A stretch of DNA of 64,000 bases, from the NCBI RefSeq assembly GCF_006345805.1, contig NC_042999.1:3162001-3226000 (forward strand), written 5' to 3'. Position 1 is the stretch's first letter. Every line of letters begins with the position of its first letter. Shown one piece after another: positions 11,807 through 24,639 of the stretch. A program made the translations under genes and the position numbers. Source of the DNA: Octopus sinensis. Lineage: Eukaryota. The notes below the pieces were generated by a model. The model saw nothing but the letters and a program-made list of their open reading frames with translations. It was not told the origin of the DNA and searched no databases.

Positions 11807-12325
11807 AAAATTTTATTTGTATAGATCTCTAATCTTTTTTCAACTATATATATATATATTTAATATGAGGAAATATTATTTAATATTATTTAATATAATG
11901 AATTGATAAAAGGTGTTTTTTTCTAATTTATATATATATATATATATAGTTAAACAAAGAAAAGAAGATGGAGATAAGGAAGTTAACAATTATTTATTAT
12001 TAACAAATTGTCATCTTCACTTTTTACAGCTGTTTCAATTAATACTCAATGATTTAATTACAAATTTGTAAATTAAATTTCCATTTATGTAACATTAGCA
12101 TAATTTCATCAGAGAAAAAAACTCAAAAAGATATACCTTGGGATGCTGTATGTGGACTTATCAATTCATCGCAGCAGACTCTTTTCTTCTTTCAACTGGA
12201 TATAAAATATATGCTTTATATAGACTATTGTTTTAAGGGAATTTCATTCCCCAACCATACTAGGTATTGAACCAGTATTTCCTTGGATGCAATTATCCCT
12301 TCACAAGGTTAACATATCCTCTAAT

Positions 12326-12362
<37 letters not shown>

Positions 12363-13289
12363 CATCATCATCATCATCATCATCGTTGAACGTCCGTTTT
12401 CCGTGCTACCACGGGTTGGATGGTTCGACCGGGGTCTGGGAAGCCAGGAGGCTGCACCAGGCTCCAGTCTTATCTGGCAGTGTTTTTACAGCTGGATGCC
12501 CTTCCTAACGCCAACCACTCCGTGAGTGTAGTGGGTGCTTTTTATGTGCCAGGGGAGGCTGGCAGCAGCCACAATTAAATTCATTCTTAAATTAAATTGA
12601 GTATATATATATATATATATAATATTAATTAGAGACAAACCACTATTTTGCAAATCAAACAAGGAAAGACTTTTTATTCCCTAATATTTATTATATATAT
12701 ATATATATATATATATTTATTTTATAGAAGGAGCTTCCTCCTATAAAAGCTCCTTCTATAAAATAAATTAAATAAATTAATTTACTCTGCTATGCATTGA
12801 GTACCTTATTTACTGTGGTTAACCCCGACTCAACCCGGGACCTACATATATATATATATATATATGCTCATACATATGTGTTTATCTTCTGAATATATTT
12901 AGCTATACATATCTATATATAGTCTTTTATTCTTTTACTTGTATCAATCATTTGACTGTGGCCATGCTGGAGCACCACGTTGGAATCTTTTAGTGTCCTT
13001 AATTGCTTAGCACCAAAATGTGGACAGCCTCAGTGTGAGAATTACTAATCAGCTGCAAAAATATTCAGAATTGAATATTTATAAGATATTAATATTGTTA
13101 TCATTATCGAAGTCAGAACAAATAATCCATAATAACAACTGTTGTATCTGTTACTTTTAGTGTAATATTTGGTGGTGAAAATGAGAGCTTTAACTCTTAT
13201 TTCTAGCAGGTAAACACTTCATTGTGTCCTTTGATTTATATAATTTTCATTTTATAGCTATATAATGCTAATTTAGGCCTGCAACCACA

Positions 13290-14340
13290 TATATCAATAT
13301 TGTTGTTATCATGGACCATCTTGGTAATATTCACATGGAATGTTGCATCATTGCTCATGTGAATGTCCAGGTCACAGACCAACTCTGATTCTGGGATTGT
13401 ATTACCTTTTGTATTCTGATTTTAGCCTGGTGTTTGACTGATAGTGGAGTGCCTGGAATTTCATAGCATTGAACTGCATATTATTTTTCTTAGCCCATTT
13501 GTAGATTCCATTCAGGTCTTTCTGCAGTCTTATGATGTCCTCTGGGTTCCTAACTGCCTCCGATACCTTTCCTCAAATTTTCCATCATGATTTGAGGCAT
13601 CTGTTGGGCGATATAGTGTGCATATCACTATATCAAGTTGCATGGAGGCGCAATGGCCCAGTGGTTAGGGCAGCGGACTCGCAGTCGTAGGATCGCGGTT
13701 TCGATTCCCAGTGTTTATTGTGAGTGTTTATTGAGTGAAAACACCTAAAGCTCCACGAGACTCTGGCAGGGGATGGTGGTGACCCCTGCTGCACTCTTTC
13801 ACCACAACTTTCTCTCACTCTTTCTTCCTGTTTCTGTTGTACCTGTATTTCAAGGGAACGGCCTTGTCACTCTCTGTGTCACGCTGTATATCCCCGAGAA
13901 CCACGTTAAGGGTACACGTGTCTGTGGAGTGCTCAGCCACTTACACGTTAATTTCACGAGCAGGCTGTTCCGTTGATCGGATCAACCGGAACCCTCGTCA
14001 TCATAACCGATGGAGTGCTTCCATATCAAGTTGCTTTAGATGTACTATGAGTGAGTCACACACCAAGTTCGAGTTTGATAACAGGGTTAATGGTGTGACA
14101 TCTCTGCGGATGTGCATTGCAACTGCACCGTGAATTCTTTTTCTTTCATCTGTACGGAAGATAGCATGCATTTGTATGTGCATCTCCACATCACTTATGC
14201 CTGCAGATAGGTGTGTTTCTGTAAGTGCTATGCATATAGCTTGATTGCATGCAGAAAGATTCTTCAGGTGCACTATTTGACATTTGCTGTTGTTTTGCAG
14301 CAGGCCTCTTATATTCATTAGTTGTGTATATATAAGCAAC
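13290..14340 (-). pseudogene. CR1/L2-type LINE ORF2 fossil (APE N-terminus fused to post-YADD RT region), interrupted by a SINE
   Basis: NIRGL..IALTETHL..IFRTD..GAVAMHIR, then QL|DIVICTLYRPT across the SINE, then EDIIRLQKDLNGIYKWAKKNNMQFNAMKF and VCDLDIHMSNDATFH. Confidence 0.9.
13642..14022 (+). mobile_element. SINE family C, tail type 2, with 12-bp TSD
   Basis: Same head as 3677 but a different tail (CACGTTAAGGGTACACGTGTCTGTGGAGTGCTCAGCC..GGAGTGCTTCC). TSD ATATCAAGTTGC at 13630-13641 and 14023-14034. Confidence 0.95.
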
Positions 14341-14494
14341 AGGCTTCTTTCAGTTTCCTCTCAACCAAATCCACTCAGAAGGTTTTGCTTAGCCCAGGAC
14401 TAGAGCAGAAAACACTTGCCCAAGTTTGTACTGCATAGTGAGAGAGAACCTGAAACTATAAGATCAGGAGAAACTACCACCTGTATTATCTCTT

Positions 14495-14745
14495 GTGAAA
14501 GGTAGAAGAGTCCAGTTTGCTGGACATTGTTGTAGAGCTGAAAACGAGGTAATTTCTACTCTTCTCCTCTGGAAGCCATCTGCTTGCGATACCAGAGGGC
14601 TCACACTCTCCTACCCTGATGTAATCGCCAGGGATACAGGCATCCAGCAACAGGACCTCCGTAATGCTATAATGGACCGTGAAGTCTAGCGTAACATAGT
14701 AAATTCCATTGTCTCAACCACGGTCGAACAATGATGATGATGATC
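14495..14745 (+). mobile_element. 3' end of an RTE/RTEX-type LINE (second family)
   Basis: RRVQFAGHCCRAENEVISTLLLWKP..TLSYPDVIARDTG..AIMDREV*R matches RTE-clade C-terminal motifs; ends in (TGA)n. Confidence 0.8.
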
Positions 14746-15279
14746 AGGCAGACAGTTCCTTAACGAGTCCACACTGTCTAACCTGCACAGCTGATTGAAG
14801 CTAAATGCAATAAAATGACGACAACACACGTCACACTCTTTCGGTTTCCACCAGTACTGTAGGCAGTCGACGGCTGGCTAAATATTTATGACACAATACT
14901 ATTTCCCCAAAGTTAGAATCTTGACTGCAGTATCTCTGTAGCTAAGCAGTCTCTCTACTCAACCACAGAGACATTAATATAATTGCTAAAATGCTGTGTT
15001 TAGTGTATGATTTCAAGAGAAGAGAATAAACGAAAGACAACATGATTGAATATATTCATTAAGTGAAACCTTGAGAAGTAGAATTTAATTACCTATCTCT
15101 TTGGGGAAATAAATCTTTCTGCTGAGGACACAATATAAATTCAGTATTTGCTTAGTTGTATCAATATTTACTTCAATTATTCATATCGAATATGTTGAAT
15201 ATCATTAAAACACAAATTATCATAAGCTATTGTCAAAAAGTTTATTGTTTGTGTGTGCATGTGTGTGCGTGTGTAAGCT

Positions 15280-15760
15280 ATGTAAGTGTATATATGTATG
15301 TGTATGTATGTATGTATGTATGTATGTATGCATGCATGTATGTATATGTATGTAGATACAGAGAGAGTGAGAGGCATATGTACATATATATATATAAGCA
15401 TGTATATAGTATATATATGTATACGTATGTATATACACACAAAGAGAGAGGCATATGTACATATATATATAAGCATGTATATATAGATATATAGATAGAT
15501 ATATATATGTATATAGATATAGATAGATAGATAGATATATGTATATAGATATAGATAGATATATGTATATAGATATAGATAGATATATGCATATAGATAT
15601 ACATAGATATATGCATATAGATATACATAGATATATGCATATAAATATAGATAGATATATGCATATAAATATAGATAGATATATGCATATAGATATAGAT
15701 AGATATATGCATATATGTATGCATATAGATGTATGAGTAGATATATATTGATATTATATA
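15280..15760. repeat. (TATG)n and ~22-bp ATAGATAGATATATGCAT-type tandem repeats
   Basis: Direct reading. Confidence 0.95.
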
Positions 15761-16014
15761 TGTATATATGTAAAGTATACAGTGCAATTAGAAAATGTGG
15801 TTAAGTACACATCCTAGATATGTAGTCTAAATATTAAAGGCTAAATGTTGTATTAGTAATTGTACCAGATTATATTGGATTATGTGAGATTTGTTGATAT
15901 TACAATATCATAGCCGGTATGGTCGAGTAGATACAGTCTAATGTATGGCGTGGATTTGTTTATATGATATTGCCTGGGTCTCGGTTGAGTTACAACACAA
16001 TTGTTTCAGACGAT

Positions 16015-16290
16015 TCGATCAATGGAAGAGGTTGCTCGTGATGTTAACATACAAGTCACTGAGCACTCCACAGACAATGTGGACCCTTAACATAGTTCTC
16101 AGGGAGACTGAGGGTGACACAAAATGTGACAAGGCTGGCCCCGTTTGAATTACTGGTATAACTCGTTTTAGCCAGCTGGAGTGGACTGGAGCAATATGAA
16201 ATGAAGTGTCTTGCTCAGGGAGATAAGTCACCAGAAATTGAACCCACGGCCTTACAATCATGAGCAGAATGCCCAAATTACTAAGCTACA
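16015..16290 (-). mobile_element. tRNA-headed SINE family D (CORE-like middle, tail shared with family C type 2)
   Basis: The minus strand gives a tRNA-like head, GAGCAAGACACTTCATTTCA..GCTCCAGTCCACTCCAGCTG, and a tail homologous to 13900-14000. Other copies at about 43290-43485 and 52880-54010. Confidence 0.7.
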
Positions 16291-16442
16291 TACTTGGACA
16301 TAATGGTGATGCTCACCAACTGTTATTGTATGGACAGTTGTGAGTGGCATTGTCACACAAGCAGTGTCATTCATTTGCAATACTAGTTGACCCGGTGTCA
16401 TAAAAAATGACAGCTAAGTGTAGTATTTTATATATAAGGGAT

Positions 16443-16841
16443 AGGAGTAGCTGTGTGGTAAGTAGCTTGCTTACGAACCACATGGTCCCAGGTTCAGTCC
16501 CACTGTGTGGCACCTTCGGCAAGTGTCTTCTATTAGCCTCGGGCTGACCAAAGCCTTGTGAGTGGATTTGGTAGATGGAAACTGAAAGAAGCTTGTCGCA
16601 TATGTGTGTGTGTGTGTGTGTGTATGCTTGTGTGTCTGTGTTTGTCCCCCTAACATCGCTTGACAACTGATGCTGGTGTGTTTACGCCTCCCCCCCGTAA
16701 CTTAGCAGTTCGACAAAAGAGACCAATAGAATAAGTACTAGGCTTACAAAGAATAAGTCCTGGGGTTGATTTGCTCGACTAAAGGCGATGCTCCAGCATG
16801 GCCACAGTCAAATGACTGAAACAAGTAAAAGAGTAAAAGAG
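16443..16841 (+). mobile_element. SINE family A full-length copy
   Basis: Colinear with 25001-25392; internal (TG)n. Confidence 0.9.
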
Positions 16842-16846
16842 GAAAT

Positions 16847-17152
16847 ATGTGGAGGCACATGGCCTAGTGGTTAGAGCAGCGGACTCACGGTCGAAGGATC
16901 ACGGGTTCAAATCTCAGACTGGGTGATGTGTGTGTTTATGAGTGAAACACCTAAGCTCCACGTGGCTCCGGCAGAAGGTAATGGCAAACTTCTGCTGACT
17001 CTTTCGCCACAACTTTCTCTCACTCTTTCTTCCTGCATCCTGCAGCTTACCTGCGATGGACCGGCGTCCCATCCAGGTGGGGAACCTATACGCCAAGGAA
17101 ACCAGGAAACCGGCCCTTATGAGCCAGGCATGGCTCGAGAAGGAACAAACAA
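16847..17152 (+). mobile_element. SINE family C, tail type 1
   Basis: Colinear with 3677-3978. Confidence 0.9.
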
Positions 17153-17684
17153 TATATAAATATGGATGGTAAATCAAATTAATACACTTGTAAGTGGAGG
17201 TAAAGAATACGTACACCACCCATTTTCAGCATAATCCTAACTCTAACCTAAACACTGGGTGTGTGTATTCTTTACATTCACCCACTTGTCAATGTTATCT
17301 AGTGGTTGTCTTTTGAGATGTGACATCGATCATCATTTGTTACTGAATGTTACAAACATTCACATACTTCCCTTGTACACACACACACATATACTCACAC
17401 AGAGTTGAAATGCTGTTTGATTTTTCTTTTCAGCATTGAACGTTCACCCTCCCACTTCCATTGCACACACACACACATATACACAAACATCCACATACTT
17501 CCCTTTTACATACACACATATATACTCACATAGAGTTGAAACGCTCCCACAACCAGTTTGCCTTCACCCCTTCCTTCCTTGTTCATCTATCACCCCTTCC
17601 TTTCTCATTGCTATGTTGTGACAGAGATAAACACAAATGTATTATAGTAGATTCTGTGGAAATATGTCCAGCCAAGGAGGAGCT

Positions 17685-18335
17685 AGCATGGGTTGGACAA
17701 TTTGACTGAGGACTGGCGAACCAGATGGCTGCACCAGGCTCCAATCTTGATCTGGCAGAGTTTCTACAGCTGGGTGCCCTTCCTAACGCCAACCACTCCG
17801 AGAGTGTAGTGGGTACTTTTAGGTGCCACCAGCACGAGGGCCAGTCAGGCAGTACAGGCAACAGCCACACCGAAATGTTTTTTATGTGCCACTAGCTTAG
17901 GAGCCAGTCCACCAGCATTGGCAACTACTTCGCTCAAATGTTTTTCATGTGCCAGTAAGGTGACGCTGGTAATGATCGCGCTCAAATGGTGCTTTTTACA
18001 TGCCACTGGCATGGAAGCCAGTCAACTGCTCTGGCAATTATTCACGCTTGGATGGTGCTCTTAGCACTCCACTAGCATGGATGCCAGTCAATAAATTTGA
18101 TTTTGATTTCACTTGCCTCAAGCAGAGTTTAGTGTCCAATGAAGGAAAAGGTACGCATAAGTGGGCTGGTTACACCCCTGGCATAGGCAATGGGTTATGG
18201 TCTGACTTAGCTTGCTTGGTCTTCTCAAGCACAGCATATTTCCAAAGGTCTTGGTCACTAGTCATTGCCTCGGTGAGGCCTAATGTTTGAAGGTCATGCT
18301 TCACCACCTCAGCCCAGGTCTTCCTGGGTCTGGAA
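17685..18335 (-). mobile_element. 5'-truncated RTE LINE including the ORF C-terminus and the whole 3' UTR
   Basis: The minus strand from about 18330 reads RPRKTWAEVVKHDLQTLGLTEAMTSDQDLWKYAVLEKT, an RTE-type C-terminus. It runs directly into the 60-66-bp units and the abundant AGGAAGGGCATCCAGC tail. Confidence 0.9.
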
Positions 18336-18419
18336 ACTGGGAATCATAGCTGACAGGGAATCATAGCTGACATCTGGGCACAGAAAATCTGCCTCAGAGA
18401 ATTCCAGCTGATCATTGAG

Positions 18420-18920
18420 GCAATGATGATGATGGAGACGACTATGGATGTTGATACAATGTTCAAGGTGATGACGATATGGATGATGACGATACGGATG
18501 ATGACGATGACAACGATAGTGAAGCCAATAACATTAATGATCAGAATGAAGACGATGATGATGTTGATGACAATGATGGCATTAATGATGATAACAAAGA
18601 TGAAGATGAAGATAGTGGCAATAATGGTAGTAAAGATGATGAGGGTGGTGGTGGTGATGAGGGTGGTGGTGATGATGAGGGTGGTGGTGATGATGGTGGT
18701 GGTGATGATGATGGTGGGGGTGGTGGTGGTGATGATGATGATGGTGATTATGATAGTAGTGGTGATGATGGTGATGGTGGTGGTGATGGTGGTAGTGGTG
18801 TTGATGACGATGTTGATGGTGGTGATGATACTGGTGATGGTGGTAGTGATGACGACGACGGCAGTGATGATGACGACAGTGATGATGATTATGACTACAA
18901 GATTGACAGTGATTATGATT
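18420..18920. repeat. (GAT/GGT)n compound trinucleotide repeat
   Basis: Direct reading. Confidence 0.95.
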
Positions 18921-19426
18921 AAGGGCCAAATAATATTTATGCAATTCTGAATATTTGTGAACGCATAATTCTCTTTACCAACCCCCCCCCCCACTGCTTT
19001 ACTACTTGTCCACCTGATTCCCATTTCGAAAATCATGGGAAACTATTTGTAGAAAACACATTTCTACATTGAGGAAATCACTGATTCGAGTGACCTTTGT
19101 CAGTTATTAATGGTAATGATTGCACATTAATGAGGAGGTCTAATAACGGCAAAACATGTCCAAAGATATCACTTTATTACTAACATCAAACTACACTGTC
19201 CAAAATTCTACATTTGGCAATATAGATTTTAATTCATAAAAAATTATATAAAGCATGGCTGTGTGGTAAGTAGCTTGCTTACCAGCCACATGGTTCCAGG
19301 TTAAGTCCCACTGTGTGCCAACTTGGGCAAGTGTCTTCTACTATAGCCTCGAGCCGACCAAAGCCTTGTGAGTGAATTTTGTAGAAGGAAACTGAAAGAA
19401 GCCTGTCATATATATATATCTATATG

Positions 19427-19998
19427 AGGTGATGAAGCATGACCTTTGAACACTGGGCCTCACTGAGGCAATGACTAGTGATCAAGACATCTGGAGATAT
19501 GCTGTGCTTCAGAAGACCCGACAAACCAAGTGAGACCATAACCTGTGGCCTATGCCAGTGGTGTATAACCAGCCCACTTATGAGTACCCTTCATTCATTG
19601 GACAATAAACTTTTCTAGTGAAGACCTGTTGAAGTAAGTGAAATCAAAATCGCTGACGTGACCAATGACAGTGCCTCCTGATTAGAGCTCATGCCAGTAG
19701 AACGTTAAAAGCACCACTGAGCGTGATTGTTGCCAGGGCAGCTGACTGCTTCCTGTGCTAGCAGCATGTAGAAAGCACCATTCGAGTATGATCGTTGCCA
19801 GCATCACCTTACAGGCACATGAAAAACAACATTCAAGCATGGTCGTTACCAGTGCCACCGGACTGGCTCCCATGCAGGTGGCATGTAAAAACAACATTTG
19901 AGTGTGGTCGTTGCCAGTACCGCCTGATTGGCCCTCGTGCCGGTGGCACGTAAAAGCACCCACTACACTCCCAGAGTGGTTGGCGTTAGGAAGGGCAT
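19427..19998 (+). mobile_element. 5'-truncated RTE LINE, inverted relative to 17685-18335
   Basis: GAGGTGATGAAGCATGACCTTTGAACACTGGGCCTCACTGAGGCAATGACTAGTGATCAAGAC is homologous to the ORF end at 18.3 kb. Confidence 0.88.
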
Positions 19999-20496
19999 GG
20001 TACTAGTTAGGAAAACATTAACAGAAAATGTATTCACACTTAATAGAATTGTCCATATATTATGGAATCAGTATAAATAATGCAGCACAAGGCTACATTT
20101 ATCATACAACATATACACACCACAAATGCAAATCCTATGGCATAAAAGACACGCACTCTACCAGTGAAGATCTTACAAGAATATTTGCATGAATATAGGA
20201 CAACCAATATAAAAGAGAGCAGCAAAGAAACCAAACTCCACTACATCCTGATGATTAGGCTGAGATAGACTGAAAATATTAATAAAGATGAATTTGGGAA
20301 CTTTATTGCTTCGAACAAGCTATGAAAATCTAAAATTCAGATAAGAGAAAATGTCAATGTTAACAGATTAAATTAGAACAGAGTCATTTTTGCTACAACA
20401 CACATCTATACATAAATGTCTTTACTATATATACATGCATACATACATTCATTATATACACACACATACACCCATAATATATATGTATACTCTTTA

Positions 20497-20885
20497 CCCT
20501 TTTACTTGTTTCAGTCATTTGACTGTGGCCATGCTGGAGCACCGCCTTTAGTCGAGCAAATCGACTCTAGGACTTATTCTTTGTAAGCCTTTTACTGATT
20601 CAATCGGTCTCTTTTGCCAAACTGCTAAGTTATGGGGACATAAACACACCAGCATCGGTTGTCAAGCGATGTTGTGGGGACAAACACAGACACACAAACA
20701 CACATATATGTACATATACATATATATGACAGGCTTCTTTCAGTTTCCATCTACCAAATCCACTCACAAGGCTTTGGTCGGCCTGAGGCTATAGCAGAAG
20801 ACACTTGCCCAAGGTGCCACACAGTGGAACTGAACCCAGAACCATGTGGTTGGTAAGCAAGCTACTTACCACACAGCCACTCCTG
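20497..20885 (-). mobile_element. SINE family A full-length copy
   Basis: Reverse complement of 25001-25392. Confidence 0.9.
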
Positions 20886-21807
20886 CATCTATATGTATGC
20901 ATGCATACATAAGCATATGCATGTATACATGTAGTCCAGCACAGATGCATATGAACAAACGCCATTTTGGCATGTTACATTTCCCCTCCTGTCTCTTAGA
21001 TCTTTTCTCTATTATTTTTGCTTCTCTTTCATGAAATGTGTCACCTGAAATGTCAAATTCTCTTCTCTTTGTCCCTTAGTCATTTTAAAGCTTTATTGTA
21101 CACTTTTTTGTTTATCGTTTTTTTACCTTATATTTCTACCCTTTATAGGCATGTGCTTTAACTTCACTGACTTTGCATAGTATTTTTCGATTGTTTGTTT
21201 CTTTATTGCTTCAAATTTTTACTCATGTTATTTATCTGACTTCAACACACAAACATACACACATATCTACACACATACACATATACATATGTACACACGC
21301 ACATCCATCAGCGATGTTTATTAGAAAAAAAAGCGAACATAAGAAACTGTATAAGGCACCACTTTTGAACTATAATTCTTTGTTTAATACTTGTGCCACC
21401 CAAGACGCACAAAGAACGGCATGTCACTCTCACCATCATAAAACAGAGTGAACCAACAACTGCCGCATTGGGAATCCATAACCGGCATTCTTATTGTTTA
21501 GGAAATGTGATATAATCAAATATAAATATGTACATAAATAAGTAAATATATAATTCACAGGAAATAGATTGGAAGAGATCAAAGACAGCCAATGTATTTG
21601 GAAGTCTTGCAAACAATTTGGTATCAGATATAAGAGCAAAGACGTAGTCACTGATATATTATTAGAAGAAATTAGTTCAATTAGTTAAGATTAATTATAG
21701 AACATCAGTGTTGTTGCTGAAGAGAACGGAGGAGGGAAATAATTTGTAAAAATGTCTGGTTGTTTAATGCTATGAATTCTGAGTATAATAGAGTGCGAAT
21801 GAGCGTG

Positions 21808-21839
<32 letters not shown>

Positions 21840-22084
21840 TACAGAGTCTATCTCTTACACACACACACACACAGAGTCTCTCTCTCTTACACACACATAC
21901 AGTAACACTCACAAACCAACCCATGCACATTAACACACATGTCCGGTGAAGAAATTTGTTTCCCATTTGCATAATTTTGGGTTTAATTACTTTAAGTGAC
22001 ACCTTGGGCAAGTGTCTTCTTCCATAGCCCGGATCTGATTAAGCTTTCTTAAGTGGATTTGTAGATGGAAACTGGAAAAAGCCC

Positions 22085-22130
<46 letters not shown>

Positions 22131-22264
22131 TGAGTGCGCGTGCATGCGTGCACATACATGGTATGTAGATAGGGTTAAATGCTGGAAAATATTCATTGCA
22201 GAGTAATTACATATTAAAAGGTAAAACTGGAAATTGTTTTGATGTTATTTATTCCATATTATAT

Positions 22265-22501
22265 TACTCTTTACTCTCTCTTTTACTCTTTTACTTGTTT
22301 CAGTCATTTGACTGCAGCCATGCTGGAGCACCGCCTTTAGTCGAGCAAATTGACCCCAGGACTTATTCTTTGTAAGCCCAGTACTTATTCTATCGGTCTC
22401 TTTTGCCGAACCGCTAAGATATGGGGACATAAACACACCAGCATCGGTTGTCAAGCAATGCTAGGGGGACAAACACAGACACACAAACATATACACACAC
22501 A

Positions 22502-22564
<63 letters not shown>

Positions 22565-22726
22565 GACAGGCTTCTTTCAGTTTCCGTCTACCAAATCCAC
22601 TCACAAGGCATTGGTCGGCCCGGGGCTATAGCAGAAGACACTTGCCCAAGATGCCACGCAGTGGGACTGAACCCGGAACCATGTGGTTGGTAAGCAAGCT
22701 ACTTGCCACACAGCCACTCCTGCGCC
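22265..22726 (-). mobile_element. SINE family A full-length copy with expanded internal (TA)n
   Basis: Ends CTCCTGCGCC, the reverse complement of the head. About 60 bp of (TA)n at the internal variable site. Confidence 0.92.
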
Positions 22727-23189
22727 TATGTTCACTATCAATAATAAAAGCATGTAAAACTTCTATTAGAAATTCATCACTGAAAATTATTTTGATTCTC
22801 TGATGAATTATGTGGATGCAAATCGTAAACACATCAATTGTTTCTGTGCATTGGTAACACTTGTTAGTTGCTGAGTTTTCCATGTCATACTATTACATAA
22901 ATATTATATAAATGAACATGATCCAACATCAGCAGTGTACTCTTGCAAGTCATCAGGTGAGTGGCATTTTGATGGGAAATTGGAAACAAATACACCTGTA
23001 TCACACAGTGTCAAGACAAGGAAAAAGTACCACACATACGCACACACACATATCTATACACACACAAGGAGGAATTGCCAAATAATGGGTCCTATATCCC
23101 TTTATGTTCCTGCAATGAACAGTTTAAGGAAAGAAGCTATTAGAATAAAAAGACAGGAAGCTCAACAGAGAGCCAAAGAAGAGAAGCGA

Positions 23190-23586
23190 GAAAGCGTTGC
23201 CTTACTGGCACTTGTACCCCGTGCTAGTAGGGTGCTAAGAGGACCATCCAAGCGTGATCGTTGCCAGAGCAGCTAACTGGCTTCCATGCCGGTGGCACGT
23301 AAAAAGCACCATTTGAGTGTGATCATTACCAGCATTGCCTTACTGACACATGTAAAAACATTCAAGCAAGGTCATTGCCAGTACTGCCTGACTGGCCCTC
23401 ATTCTAGTGGCATGTAAAAGCAACCACTACACTCTCGGAGTGGTTGGCATTAGGAAGGGGCATCCAGCTGTAGAAACTCTGCCAGATCAAGAATGGAGCC
23501 TGGTGCAGCCATCCGGTTTGCCAGCCCTCAGTCAAATCATCCAACCCATGCTAGTATGGAAAGTAGACGTTAAACGATGATGATGA
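23190..23586 (+). mobile_element. RTE LINE 3' fragment
   Basis: Degenerate 60-66-bp units, the conserved tail and (GAT)n. Confidence 0.88.
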
Positions 23587-24639
23587 TGTATAGTAAGTTA
23601 GAAGGGATCTGAGAAACCAGGTGGTTACCCAAAACAGCCCTCTTGTGAACAGCAGCTGTCGAAATGTATTGCAAGGGAACTTATTCTTGCAGAAATATTC
23701 ATTTCACACAACCTGAAAATCCCAAAGGTTAACTTCAGTAATGGAGCAGAGATAACGAGTGAAGAATGGAGTTGTGTGTGTTTCATTTATTCATCAACAG
23801 TTTGCAATTGTTTCAATAACGAGTTGATGATAAATGATATAACATATCTGAGTTTATGGACTCGTTAATGAATGAAACGTGTAAAATGATCTTGTCAAGA
23901 AATACAATTAAACTGTGGATATATTCCTTCCTCGTTGACATTTCTAATGATAACTCATCCTTCCAGAATTAATTAAACACCTCCCGCTTGGTCGTTTGGA
24001 TATTCTAGTATATGTAAACTAAGTAAACTCGTTCATTTTGTAACCATATTTATTTGTTCACAAAGGTCTTCATTAAATGGTTCTGGGCCATTTGTTATAC
24101 AATACATATTGAATAATCGATTCAACAATATCATTGCTGTCTTCCATGTCTTCATGCATGCTATATTATTTCTAACCCAAATGTTATCAGAACAGTTATA
24201 AACCAGGACATAAATGTAACATCAACAACCCCCATTCTTCACTTATATATATAGTCATGCATATACAGTAGGCTTCTTTCAGTTTCTATGTACCAAATCA
24301 ACTCACAAGGCTTTGGTCAGCCTGAGGCTATAGTAGAAGACACTTGCCTTTAAGATACCATGGGACTGAACCCTAAATAATGTGGTTGTGAAGCAAATGT
24401 CCTGACCACACAACAAGACTTCTTATGTCTATATATATATATAGAAATAATACATTTCTAAATATCTCAGAGAGATTTATACAGTAGTGGTACGATAAAG
24501 TAGTTGTTTACTGTTAACTTAATGTGACAGTCCCATGAAGGGAATCATACTACTGCTATTTAGCCCTAGGAAGCAGCAACGCTTCCTGTCAGCCTTGTTC
24601 TATTTTTGTAATCAGTGAATTTATTTCACAAGCATGAAA

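Noticed and set aside
18344-19036. D/G-rich 147-aa, M/V-rich 175-aa, poly-H and poly-T/I ORFs
   Set aside because: All frames are open because of the (GAT/GGT)n repeat. There are no convincing splice or start signals and no domain.
20248-20285. CTGATGA..GAAA spacing resembling a hammerhead (also about 22800)
   Set aside because: No stem II or stem I complementarity.
22867-22962. Possible exon ending at CAG|GTGAGT; similar isolated donors at about 6876, 26785 (minus), 27683, 55538 and 60373
   Set aside because: No open, recognisable frame or convincing paired acceptor. Such words are expected by chance in 64 kb.
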